54,180 bases of DNA from a virus. Below, piece after piece: positions 18,073 through 27,100 of the stretch. The translations under genes and the position numbers were made by a program. The notes under the pieces are model-generated. The model was not told the DNA's origin. It saw only the letters and a list, made by a program, of their open reading frames with translations, and did not search any database. Position 1 is the stretch's first letter, and every line of letters begins with the position of its first letter. The stretch is from positions 1-54,180 of the IMG/VR virus record IMGVR_UViG_3300009073_000006, one strand, 5' to 3'.

Positions 18073-18698
18073 TGGCACAAAGAACTTCAGGAAATCCTGC
18101 TAACCCTTCGGTTGGTGATCCAATTCGTAACGCTATTTTTCGCGACCCTAATGCAGTAAAAAGCTATAAAGGTGTACACGGACAGATTGGCTTTTTACTC
18201 TGCGCAGGTAATATGCGCGGTATCTTGTTTGATGGTAAAACGTGTGGTGGTGTGGCGCACTGGCCTTTGTTTGCTCCCAACAGCGACTTCTCAAATTTCT
18301 ACGCACTAGCTGACAACTGTCTTGACGTTAGTGCGCTGATGGACGGTTGCCCGCCAGAAGATGAAGAACCAACTGACGAAGAAATCGCACTTTGCGCATC
18401 AACAAAAATCGGCGCTGACTTAACAACAGGTAACTCGCAGTTGTCTTGGGACGGTGTTCTGTACTCAAGTTCCACAATAACAATCTCTAATGTTGTAGGT
18501 ACTTTGACGGTTACTGACTCGGCAGGCGTTGATCATGTACTTCCGCAGGATGGAACAGTTGTTAGCGGAGTAGCTGCTGGTGCAACAACAGGTGCGGTGT
18601 TTGATGGTACTTATGACGTTACTAACGAAGACGGGCTAACAGCAAGTTGCGAACAAACTGCCCGAGTTACTTCTGCATCGGTTATCGTACTGCTTTAA
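18072..18698 (+). CDS. tail-fibre-like protein with Mtd_N-like N-terminus
   Basis: GILFDGKTCGGVAHW parallels GVLSVHDGKTCGGIFHY of gene 7445. An acidic linker CPPEDEEPTDEE also parallels that gene. TAATG overlap with the upstream gene. Confidence 0.5.
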   Translation: MAQRTSGNPANPSVGDPIRNAIFRDPNAVKSYKGVHGQIGFLLCAGNMRGILFDGKTCGGVAHWPLFAPNSDFSNFYALADNCLDVSALMDGCPPEDEEPTDEEIALCASTKIGADLTTGNSQLSWDGVLYSSSTITISNVVGTLTVTDSAGVDHVLPQDGTVVSGVAAGATTGAVFDGTYDVTNEDGLTASCEQTARVTSASVIVLL

Positions 18699-18724
18699 AT
18701 TAGAGCAACGATAGCTTATCTAAA

Positions 18725-18762
18725 CAGCACAGGCTTCCTCCCAGCTTGTGCTGTTTTTGTTT
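18725..18762 (+). terminator. rho-independent terminator
   Basis: CAGCACAGGCT, loop TCCTCCC, AGCTTGTGCTG, then TTTTTGTTT. Confidence 0.75.
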
Positions 18763-18897
18763 GGAAAATTAACGTGTATTTACACGAATTTGGCGGGGCA
18801 AAAAAGTGAACCGAAGGTGAAGCGCAAGCTTCGCCGTAGCGTGAAACGCGATGCTCCGACAAACTTGGTGTCAATATCGTTAATAAAGGTTCCAAAC
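18759..18897 (+). repeat. intergenic palindromic element, copy B
   Basis: 139 bp. Outer stem GTTTGGAA/TTCCAAAC, left arm TTACACGAATTTGGCGGGG, right arm AACTTGGTGTCAAT..AAGGTTCC. Confidence 0.8.
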
Positions 18898-18923
18898 TAA
18901 AAGAGTATTAAGGAAACAAAAAC

Positions 18924-19394
18924 ATGACTGATTATTCGTCCGATAAAGAACTAACCGACTTAGATGTAAGTCAGTACAATATTGTCACATACGAACGTCC
19001 CGCCGAGGCTATTGGAGTGATTGCTACGTTGCTGCATTTTGATTATCGTTATGCTAAAATGCCAATGTCTCAAGTTATTAATGAAATCACTTCAAGTGTA
19101 GCTGGAAATAACTACGTTGTAGTTGTTCGTCAGGTTGGTGAGAAAATTCAACCAGTTGCTTTGCTTGGTTGGAAGTATGTTAACGAATATACTTTGCTTT
19201 TACAGGCTAATGATATCAGACCGCTTTCACCTGCGGAGTCTAATCAAGGTGATATTTGTTTGCTTAGTGTTTTTAGTAGTCCTTTTTCTTCACCTCATCA
19301 AATGATGGAGTTTATGCAAGAAAATTCTAAAAAATTACAATCACTAAAAGGGGTGGTAGGTCTTGACAGTTTATTCAATCCAGTGCAGTATTAA
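18924..19394 (+). CDS. HlyC/CyaC-like toxin-activating acyltransferase-fold protein (tentative)
   Basis: 156 aa. By-eye alignment to remembered HlyC/CyaC sequences: AIGVIATLL, MP, NNYVVVV, PVALLGWKYVNE, QGDICLLSVFSSPFS against LG.V.WLW, WP, QYVLL, PVAYCSWA, GDRKWFIDWIAPFG. The canonical His and Asp are not obviously conserved. Confidence 0.4.
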   Translation: MTDYSSDKELTDLDVSQYNIVTYERPAEAIGVIATLLHFDYRYAKMPMSQVINEITSSVAGNNYVVVVRQVGEKIQPVALLGWKYVNEYTLLLQANDIRPLSPAESNQGDICLLSVFSSPFSSPHQMMEFMQENSKKLQSLKGVVGLDSLFNPVQY

Positions 19395-19432
19395 TAAACC
19401 GAAAAACTCAGCGCTGAGAGGTAGTTCGTAAA

Positions 19433-20233
19433 ATGACTAACGTTACTGTAAACCTTAACGACACTTTTCAGTGGAAAAATTCTTCGCAACGTATCTTTAG
19501 TTACGGCGCAGGTTTAAATTATAACAACACTTCTGATGATACTGATCGTGACACTAATTCGACAACAAAACTATTCGACGAAGATCAACTAGCCAAGTTG
19601 TCTGATCTTGTCTGTCAGTATTATGATCACTTTGCAACAGGTATCACGATTAGTAATCGTGAAACTATCCGTGAGTATGCTGACTGTTTTTGGACTTACG
19701 CTAAAGAAGAACTTTACGACGCATTAGAAGAACAAGCTGATGCGATAGCTGACGAAGAACGTCGGCGGTTAGAAGAGGAACTTTGTTCTCGGATAACTAC
19801 GTTAAACTCTATCGCTGGAACTACACGAGGTTGTTTTCCGCAAACTGTTATTGCTAAAACTTTGTCAGATAACGCTACGCAAATGGCTGCGATGCGGGCT
19901 GAAGCTAATCTTAACGCAAGAACGCTGGAAGCACAAACAGTAGCCAACGCTTTTGATCGTGCATACGCAGCGTATATTCAGGGTGATGAAGCTGACTTTG
20001 GTAAGTACAGTAACTTGCTTCAAGTTTTGCGCGGGGCTTGTGCGACAGAAGATGTTGAAGACAATATCGCTCGCGATATTTCAGAACTCGGAGTTACTGC
20101 TAAGTTCAATCAATCGGTTGCTAATATTTCAGATACTTCTGGAGATTATATCGACGATAGTCAAGACGTGGTTGACGCAGGTAGTATCATTAATGACATT
20201 TTAGCAGCTGCGGCTGCTGCGGGAGGAATTTAA
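19433..20233 (+). CDS. hypothetical protein (ejection/internal virion module)
   Basis: 266-aa acidic helical ORF in an operon with the SleB-like hydrolase and the giant proteins. Confidence 0.45.
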   Translation: MTNVTVNLNDTFQWKNSSQRIFSYGAGLNYNNTSDDTDRDTNSTTKLFDEDQLAKLSDLVCQYYDHFATGITISNRETIREYADCFWTYAKEELYDALEEQADAIADEERRRLEEELCSRITTLNSIAGTTRGCFPQTVIAKTLSDNATQMAAMRAEANLNARTLEAQTVANAFDRAYAAYIQGDEADFGKYSNLLQVLRGACATEDVEDNIARDISELGVTAKFNQSVANISDTSGDYIDDSQDVVDAGSIINDILAAAAAAGGI

Positions 20234-20236
20234 GTT

Positions 20237-20839
20237 ATGGGCGTGTTAGATGATTTTTTTCTAGGTCGTAATCGTGAACGTAGACAACTCGCATCTTCAC
20301 AGTTAGAAGATTTGCGTAATGCTAAGGTGTTGGCTTTAACAGAACGCGGCGCGTTAATTGAAACCGCTGATCGACGGGCTAGTACAATGGGTGCTGCGAC
20401 TGCACTGTTGCGAACTACTGGCGGATTACCTGAAGGGTTTTTTACAAAAGCTTCGCGCGAAAGCCTTGTTGCTTTTAGAGGCGATACAGGTAAAGAGACC
20501 GCAGGTTTACTAGCTTCGCGTGGTATCGGCAAAGGTAGTACAGTTAGTGATCTTGCAGGCGCTTTAGGTAGCGGCGGAGAAGCCGCTTCTTCTAGCAGAA
20601 AAATTGCGGAAGAAATTGATCTTTATCTTAAAGAAAACCGTAAAAACGGTAGAGCTAACGCGTCAAGCACTGGCAGTAGATTTGGCGGTTCAACTAGCCC
20701 GTTTTCTTCTGGTCAATCTAATCCTACGCAAAGCTTCCAAAAAGGTTATGGTTTAGTTAATTTGAATAATGATAACGAAGATATCAATGACTTAGGCAAG
20801 TTTCTTGAAAATCTTTTTCCTTCAACTCGGCGTTACTAA
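20237..20839 (+). CDS. hypothetical protein (ejection/internal virion module)
   Basis: 200 aa with a GGGAGGA RBS. G/S/A-rich and probably disordered. Confidence 0.45.
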   Translation: MGVLDDFFLGRNRERRQLASSQLEDLRNAKVLALTERGALIETADRRASTMGAATALLRTTGGLPEGFFTKASRESLVAFRGDTGKETAGLLASRGIGKGSTVSDLAGALGSGGEAASSSRKIAEEIDLYLKENRKNGRANASSTGSRFGGSTSPFSSGQSNPTQSFQKGYGLVNLNNDNEDINDLGKFLENLFPSTRRY

Positions 20840-20840
20840 A

Positions 20841-21767
20841 ATGGCAATGATTAACGATCCTAAAGCTTTGGCTATTTACCGTGATTTTAACGCGCGGGTT
20901 TCTGCTGCGCAAACTCAGCGTGTAGAAGGTCGTCGTCCGCAGATTAGACCTCAAGGTTTAGTTAATTCTAGCTACGTTAGCGCAGACGATAGGGATATTT
21001 TAATTCGTACTGTTATCGGTGAAGCTAACGGCGAGTCAATGACTGGACAAGCTGCTGTTGCTCACAACGTTTTAAACCGCACTCGCGATAGTCGTTATCC
21101 CGACAGGATTAAAGATGTTGCTTTACAAAAAGATCAATACTCTACTTGGAGAGACCCTAATGCTCCAACTGGCGACGCTTTAATCGGCGGTAACAGTTTA
21201 GCCACGCGTTATAATCCTGGAGATAGACAATACGACCGCGCTGCGGAAGTAGTTGATTTAGTTTTATCTGGTGAAGTTCCTGATATGACTAACGGTGCTG
21301 TTAATTATTATGCACCTAAAGGTATGCGTAATGGTATGGCTCCCCGATGGTGGGCTAGTAAGCTTGCTGAAAGCGGCGGAGAGTTTATTACTATTGGCGG
21401 TCACAGGTTTGCAGGTAAAAGTAATAATCTTGGCGCTCAAGTGTTTGACACTAGTGGACTAGGATATGAAGTTAATCTTGATGAAAAACCCGTAGGCGAT
21501 GTTTACGCCGATCCTGATAAGTTTCGTCTTGATACATCTATTCGGTTATCTAATGAGGCTTCTGTTAATCTTGGCAATGCGCGTAATACTAATCGCAATT
21601 CGTCGGATACACCTTCAACAGACTACGATCCAGACTACAGTGATTTAATTGCTCAACTTCAAAACAATTCTAGAGAACCGTTGCAACGTAACGAGTTGTT
21701 TCACTCGATGGTTAAAGAGCAACACAATCAACTTGACCGCGAAATTTCACAGAAGCTTTCGGAGTAA
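20841..21767 (+). CDS. SleB/CwlJ-type cell wall hydrolase domain protein (virion-associated lysin)
   Basis: Start trimmed to ATG 20841, right after the upstream stop. LIRTVIGEANGESMTGQAAVAHNVLNRTRDSRYPDRIKDVALQKDQYSTW matches the Hydrolase_2 signature, and NGAVNYYAP follows. Confidence 0.7.
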   Translation: MAMINDPKALAIYRDFNARVSAAQTQRVEGRRPQIRPQGLVNSSYVSADDRDILIRTVIGEANGESMTGQAAVAHNVLNRTRDSRYPDRIKDVALQKDQYSTWRDPNAPTGDALIGGNSLATRYNPGDRQYDRAAEVVDLVLSGEVPDMTNGAVNYYAPKGMRNGMAPRWWASKLAESGGEFITIGGHRFAGKSNNLGAQVFDTSGLGYEVNLDEKPVGDVYADPDKFRLDTSIRLSNEASVNLGNARNTNRNSSDTPSTDYDPDYSDLIAQLQNNSREPLQRNELFHSMVKEQHNQLDREISQKLSE

Positions 21768-21772
21768 AAAAC

Positions 21773-24175
21773 ATGGGCAAGCGACCACAAGCACGCGGTG
21801 ATAATACTGCTACTAAGCCAGCGTCAACTACTGCGCAAAGCAATACTGATTTGTTTGCAGCGTTTGCTTCTGCAAGTAATGATAAAACTGACCCACAACA
21901 ACTCGCGACTATTACAGGATTTGCTAGTAACTTAGCAACTCTGCAAGGAACTAACCAAGGTTCTTCAAAAGCGGCGCGAGATTTAGTTGAGGGCAGGCAC
22001 GCTAACAGCGCTGCAGTTTTAAATCAGTATGCGGCAGCAGGTGAAGAAATCACGCCAGAAATGCGCGGTATTATTGACGAGTTAGATAACCTTGCACACC
22101 ACGGTAATTCAATCTCTGGAATGGATGATCGTATTCGTATGCGTTGGTCTGGTGCTGGTGCAGGAACTTATGACATTAAAGCTTTAGAGCGTCGTGAAAG
22201 TGAATTAAATAAACAACTTGCTGATTTAACTCGCGGAGTAATGACAGAACCTCAACAGCTTGCTTTGCGTAGTGACCGAGCGAAAACAACTATTATTGAA
22301 AATCAAGCTGAACAAATTGCTGCGGCTGCGTCTCCTGCGGAAGTAGCCCGATGGGATAGTGTTTTAGATGAAATGACTATTCCGCAAATTGGTCAGATGT
22401 TATCTGAAGGTAAGCTGCAAGATATTCCAAGAGCCTATGTGCAAGATCGTCAGCAAGCAATGATAAAGAATAAATCTAACGAACAGATTAGCTTGCTCCA
22501 AGGTAACGTAGCCGCTAATGCTTTGCAAGCAGATAAAATTGCAGTTAATTATTCTGACCCACAAATTTTGATAAACCTTATTGACGAGTTTGACTTAACT
22601 AACCAACAGTTAATTGAAAACGGCGAACCGGCACTACGTGAAATTGATTTAGGCGCAGGTGTTGGTAAGTTTCCTGCGGGAATTGTCCATCAAGCTTTGG
22701 GATTGTTAGTAGAAGCTGATGAAAGTGGTCGCTTAGTTGGTAGCGGAACAGACTTAGATATTGCCACTAAAACAATGTTAAACCAAATAGGCGCAAGTAA
22801 TCAAAATCGTATTGGCGAGTTTTATTTAACTTTGCAAAGGATGGGTGTTGATATTAGCACGTCAAATAATCTCACCGCTGGAGTTCAAGCTGTTGAGGAT
22901 TCTTTAACCAGCGCTTTATTAAGAGGTGACTTAGAAGAAGCTGGTAAAGCCGGAGAACGACTTACTGACGAACTAGGTAAAGCGCGCGAAGAACTAGTTA
23001 AAGGTGCTGGACGTAATATCCCTGAACTGGAAGAAGCTTATCGCAGTTTATTTAACGTTGACGGGTTTACTAACCTAGGCATGGCACAGGATTATCTTGA
23101 GAATATTACCGATGATCAACGCGAAGTTGAAGTTACAGAAAAGTATAAAGAAGTCAATAACATACTAGAGATTTTAGAATCTGTTGAATTTGCTAGTGAC
23201 GCTGAATTATATTCTGACAATTCAGGACAAAGAACACCTGCTTCCGGTAGAGTGCCTTTGCCTTTACATAATCTTTTTTCTAACGATCCAAACGCACGAG
23301 CTAGTTTAAAACAGGCTTTCGTTGGTGAGATTACTAGTGATATCTTGATGCGTGGAATACGTGCTAGTTACGCTCAACTTGGTCAAGAGATTAGTGCGCG
23401 CAGTGATCTGCAAGACGGACAAAAAGCGGATATGTTAGAGCGTGTGCAAGCTATGCACGATGAAATATTTAACCCGATTACAGGAACAATAACAGGTTCC
23501 GCTGCTCGAAATTTAATAGGGCGCGTAGATTTTAAAGTAACTGACAGAGAAAATCCTGAAAGTACAGCAGGGGTTACTTTGCCTGACATGAATGGAAATC
23601 CTGTTCAGGTTAAGCAGTTGAATTTATCAGCGCTAACTGCGTTGTCTTTAGATCATCAGGCTACTTTAGTTGAAATGGGTATTGGTGAAGACGTAGCTAA
23701 TCCTTTAAAGTTTGCTTTTGATAACATGGAAAGATTTTCTGAAGAAGCAGCTGAAGCTTACTTGCCTAGGTCTGGTACAGATAAAGCGTTGCTTTCTATG
23801 TTCAGCGAAAGATATGCTAACAACGTTGCCGATCGCGAAGGTCGAGTAGTGTTAAGATCACTTGCTGAAACTTTAGGGAGTAGTTTAGAAAAGAACTTTC
23901 AAGATAGTTTTATTAATAAAGAGTTTGAAGAAGCTGATAGTGTTTTAGAGTTAGCTGTGAGTAATGATTTTGAAAGTAGTTCGGTTTACGAAGAAGCTAA
24001 AAATAATTATCTTCGAGAGATTATGACTGATACTGCTGCAAATAATATTTCTCAAGGTAAAGCTTTGTTCGACCCAGAAGCCGCGCCTATTGAAAGACCA
24101 ACTGCTCAGTTCTTATTAAACGAAGGTTTTTTAAGCCGACAGCAACTTAGTGATTTTAACCGCCAAGGAAACTAA
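21773..24175 (+). CDS. internal virion / ejection protein (large, helical)
   Basis: 800 aa, A/E/L/Q-rich. Occupies the position equivalent to the podovirus core proteins. Confidence 0.4.
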   Translation: MGKRPQARGDNTATKPASTTAQSNTDLFAAFASASNDKTDPQQLATITGFASNLATLQGTNQGSSKAARDLVEGRHANSAAVLNQYAAAGEEITPEMRGIIDELDNLAHHGNSISGMDDRIRMRWSGAGAGTYDIKALERRESELNKQLADLTRGVMTEPQQLALRSDRAKTTIIENQAEQIAAAASPAEVARWDSVLDEMTIPQIGQMLSEGKLQDIPRAYVQDRQQAMIKNKSNEQISLLQGNVAANALQADKIAVNYSDPQILINLIDEFDLTNQQLIENGEPALREIDLGAGVGKFPAGIVHQALGLLVEADESGRLVGSGTDLDIATKTMLNQIGASNQNRIGEFYLTLQRMGVDISTSNNLTAGVQAVEDSLTSALLRGDLEEAGKAGERLTDELGKAREELVKGAGRNIPELEEAYRSLFNVDGFTNLGMAQDYLENITDDQREVEVTEKYKEVNNILEILESVEFASDAELYSDNSGQRTPASGRVPLPLHNLFSNDPNARASLKQAFVGEITSDILMRGIRASYAQLGQEISARSDLQDGQKADMLERVQAMHDEIFNPITGTITGSAARNLIGRVDFKVTDRENPESTAGVTLPDMNGNPVQVKQLNLSALTALSLDHQATLVEMGIGEDVANPLKFAFDNMERFSEEAAEAYLPRSGTDKALLSMFSERYANNVADREGRVVLRSLAETLGSSLEKNFQDSFINKEFEEADSVLELAVSNDFESSSVYEEAKNNYLREIMTDTAANNISQGKALFDPEAAPIERPTAQFLLNEGFLSRQQLSDFNRQGN

Positions 24176-24177
24176 AC

Positions 24178-27100
24178 ATGACCGAAAGTATTTTCATTGA
24201 CCCGCAAGAGTTTGCTAACGAAGAAATAGTTAATTATCATCGAGAGCGTCGTCGCAATCAGAGGATTAGTGCGGGTTCAATAGCCTTTGCGCCTGTCGGG
24301 GCTGTAGCTGGTGGTTTAGATACTATTGGACAAAGCTTAGGTATTGTAGACGATCAAGACTTTGAAAGATTCTTTAACGGTCTAAACGAAAACGCTGGCG
24401 ATATGTATAAGCGCAACAAAGTGGGCTATCGTTTTGCAGGCGATGTAGCTAGTATGTTTGTAGGCGCTGGGGCAGCAAGTAAGTTGTTACGATCTGGCGG
24501 AATGATAAGTAGTGTTTTGCAAAAAGGTGGTAGTGTTGGTCGAGCTATTGACAGAACTGTTTCAATTAATCAAAGCAGAGTAGATGATCTTGTTCAAGAG
24601 TACGCGAAGTTTAGTGAGGTTGTTGGAAGCAACGCTGCGCCGGGTACTACCACATTTGCTCACGGAAGAAAGCTGCGTAGTCAGGCACGCCTTGCAACAG
24701 CAGCTAATGATTTAAGGGGTGGTTTGGCGGCAGAAGCGTTTATCTTTGGCGCTATGAGTGAAAGCGAGTTATTCTTTCCAGAAGGTCAGAAGACTAGCGA
24801 TATGGTTTATATGTCAGCGGCAGGATTAGGTTTAGGTGGTGCGCTAGGTCAGTTGTTTATTACGCCCGCGTTAAAGCGTGCTGGTGGTCGTGCTGCGCGT
24901 GAAGCGTTAGAGCGTGGAGATATCATTTCAGACGACGCTGGATTAGACTTAGTAACTGCTAGTAAAATTATCGACGAGACTTCACTCGGTGTTCCTGTTG
25001 ACATACTAGCTGACGCGCCAGAATTGCAAGGTACTTTTAATAATCTAAATTCTGCGGCCCAGAATAATGCACGTAAAGCTACTGAACAATTAACAGAAAA
25101 CTCACCGTTAGGTGGTATGTCTAGTAATGTCACAGTCACGCAAGGCGTTGTTGATACTGTTTTAGATGTAGCGCGCGGGAATGATAAAATGATCGCTAAT
25201 ACATTAAGTATTGAAACTGGCGATACGTTGTCTGATTTTGTTAACAAAAGCGCAGCCGCGGTTAAGAAGTTAGAAAAACAACGCGACGAGTTAAAGGCTT
25301 CGCAAGCTGATGCGGCTAATGATGCGTTACGGAATAAACTTAACGGTGAGTTGATTGATATTGATACGCAGATTAAAAACCTACAAGGTGATGCTTATGC
25401 TGTGCGTGTTAGTAGCGTTGGTAACTTGTCAACTAATCCTAACCAGCCTACTATTTTCGACGGCGGTAAAGTTAAAGTATCTAAAGTTAACAACAAAGTC
25501 AAAGGCGCGGGTAATGAAGTGTTTTACGCTTCAGAGGGTAGCAAGGATACTACTTTAGGCGTGACTACTGACGGTCGAATTGTTCGTGGAAATAAGCAGA
25601 TTAGCACAACGGCTGGTTTAAGTGTTCGCGAGATGACTAAACCCTACGCTGCTATGGCAAGAGCGCAAAAAAACTTAAGCAAAACTTTAGCCGATGATAG
25701 TATCATAGTTAAATCTCGCCACAAGATTACAAAAAACAGTAATCACATGACGTTTGATTATATAATCGAAGCGGCTAAACGTTTGAACTTAGAAGACGAT
25801 TTAAGTCCGTTGGATAAAATGTTTGACACTAGTGAGTTTGGAACTCTTAGTGCTTTGAAAAAGGCTAGTTTAGACGCGAAGCTTAAAGAGTTTGGTAAGT
25901 TAAAAGCTGCGCAACTTAAAGCACTAAAGTCGGGACAAGACCTGTATAACAGCGAGTCTATTGGTGCGATTTTAAATCTAAAATTTAGTGATAACTTTAA
26001 CAGCAATAACTACTCTTTGCAGTGGTTTGAAGATTTATACCGTGCAGGTAAAAAGACTGTAGGTAATGACTACGTTGAGGCGATGGAAGACTTTAAACAG
26101 CATCTTAGTCTGGGCAGCACTAAAGGTACTTCCGCGCATTTGCTTGCGGAAAAAGGCACAGGGATTGAAAGATTAATTGAGACTGATTTATTTAAACGCC
26201 TGAAAAATCCGCAAGAACCTTTGACATTTATTGTCAGCAAAAGCGGTCGTGTTGATAACAGTATGTTTGATACGCATAACTTAATTGATATTAAAAAGCG
26301 TCACGAACAATTACGCGAAAACGAATTAGGTGAAGCTGTTCGGACTACTGCTGGCGCAGAAATGTTTGGTCAAATTGATGATGCGTTAATTAATAGCCCG
26401 ATGTTGACTAAAGCGATGCGTGATGGAAGTAAGGTTATCTCACAAGACGCTGTTGATCAACCGTTGTTTGATAAGTTCGGTCAGCTTACGCCGTTTAGTT
26501 TGAATTATTTATTGCGTGGTGTTGAAGGTGCTGACAGTGCTGGAATTATTGCGGATATCTGGCAAAGACAAGCTAAAGTTTTTGCTGCGAATGAATTAAA
26601 AAATAATACTAAAGCTATGAACAAGCTGCGCGTTAAAGGCAATGAAGAAAGTGCTGCAAGATTTCTGCATTATCATTCTGCTATGCAACAAGGCTGGGTT
26701 TTAGCTGATAATTTTGTTGAAAGCGGCAGAAGAATTAAACTCGAACCTGAAAACAAAAAGAATAAAAAGATAGCAGAACAAATGGGACTTAAACAAGTTC
26801 CTGAGTTTATGCCTGATCCAGTTGCACGTAATGGTGTACCGTTAATTATGGATGAATTATCGCTGGCTGCTTTGGCAGAAGTGCGACGCTTTAGTGATAT
26901 GCGATGGAGTATGGATAACGTTTTAGCAAAGCACCTAGGTCGCAGTGGTTTGCAATATCGCAATGGTCACACTATTGAGCCTAGTCGTTACGGTAAAGAA
27001 ATGGTGTTTATTACTGACGAGTTTGGTAAGGTAGTGGATTATATTACCGAAGGTAATATTGTTCAAGGTAAGAAACTGGCTAATCAAAGGATTGCCGAAC

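Noticed and set aside
7445-18698. Diversity-generating retroelement, suggested by the Mtd_N-like motifs.
   Set aside because: No reverse transcriptase ORF exists anywhere in the genome, and I saw no template/variable repeat pair.
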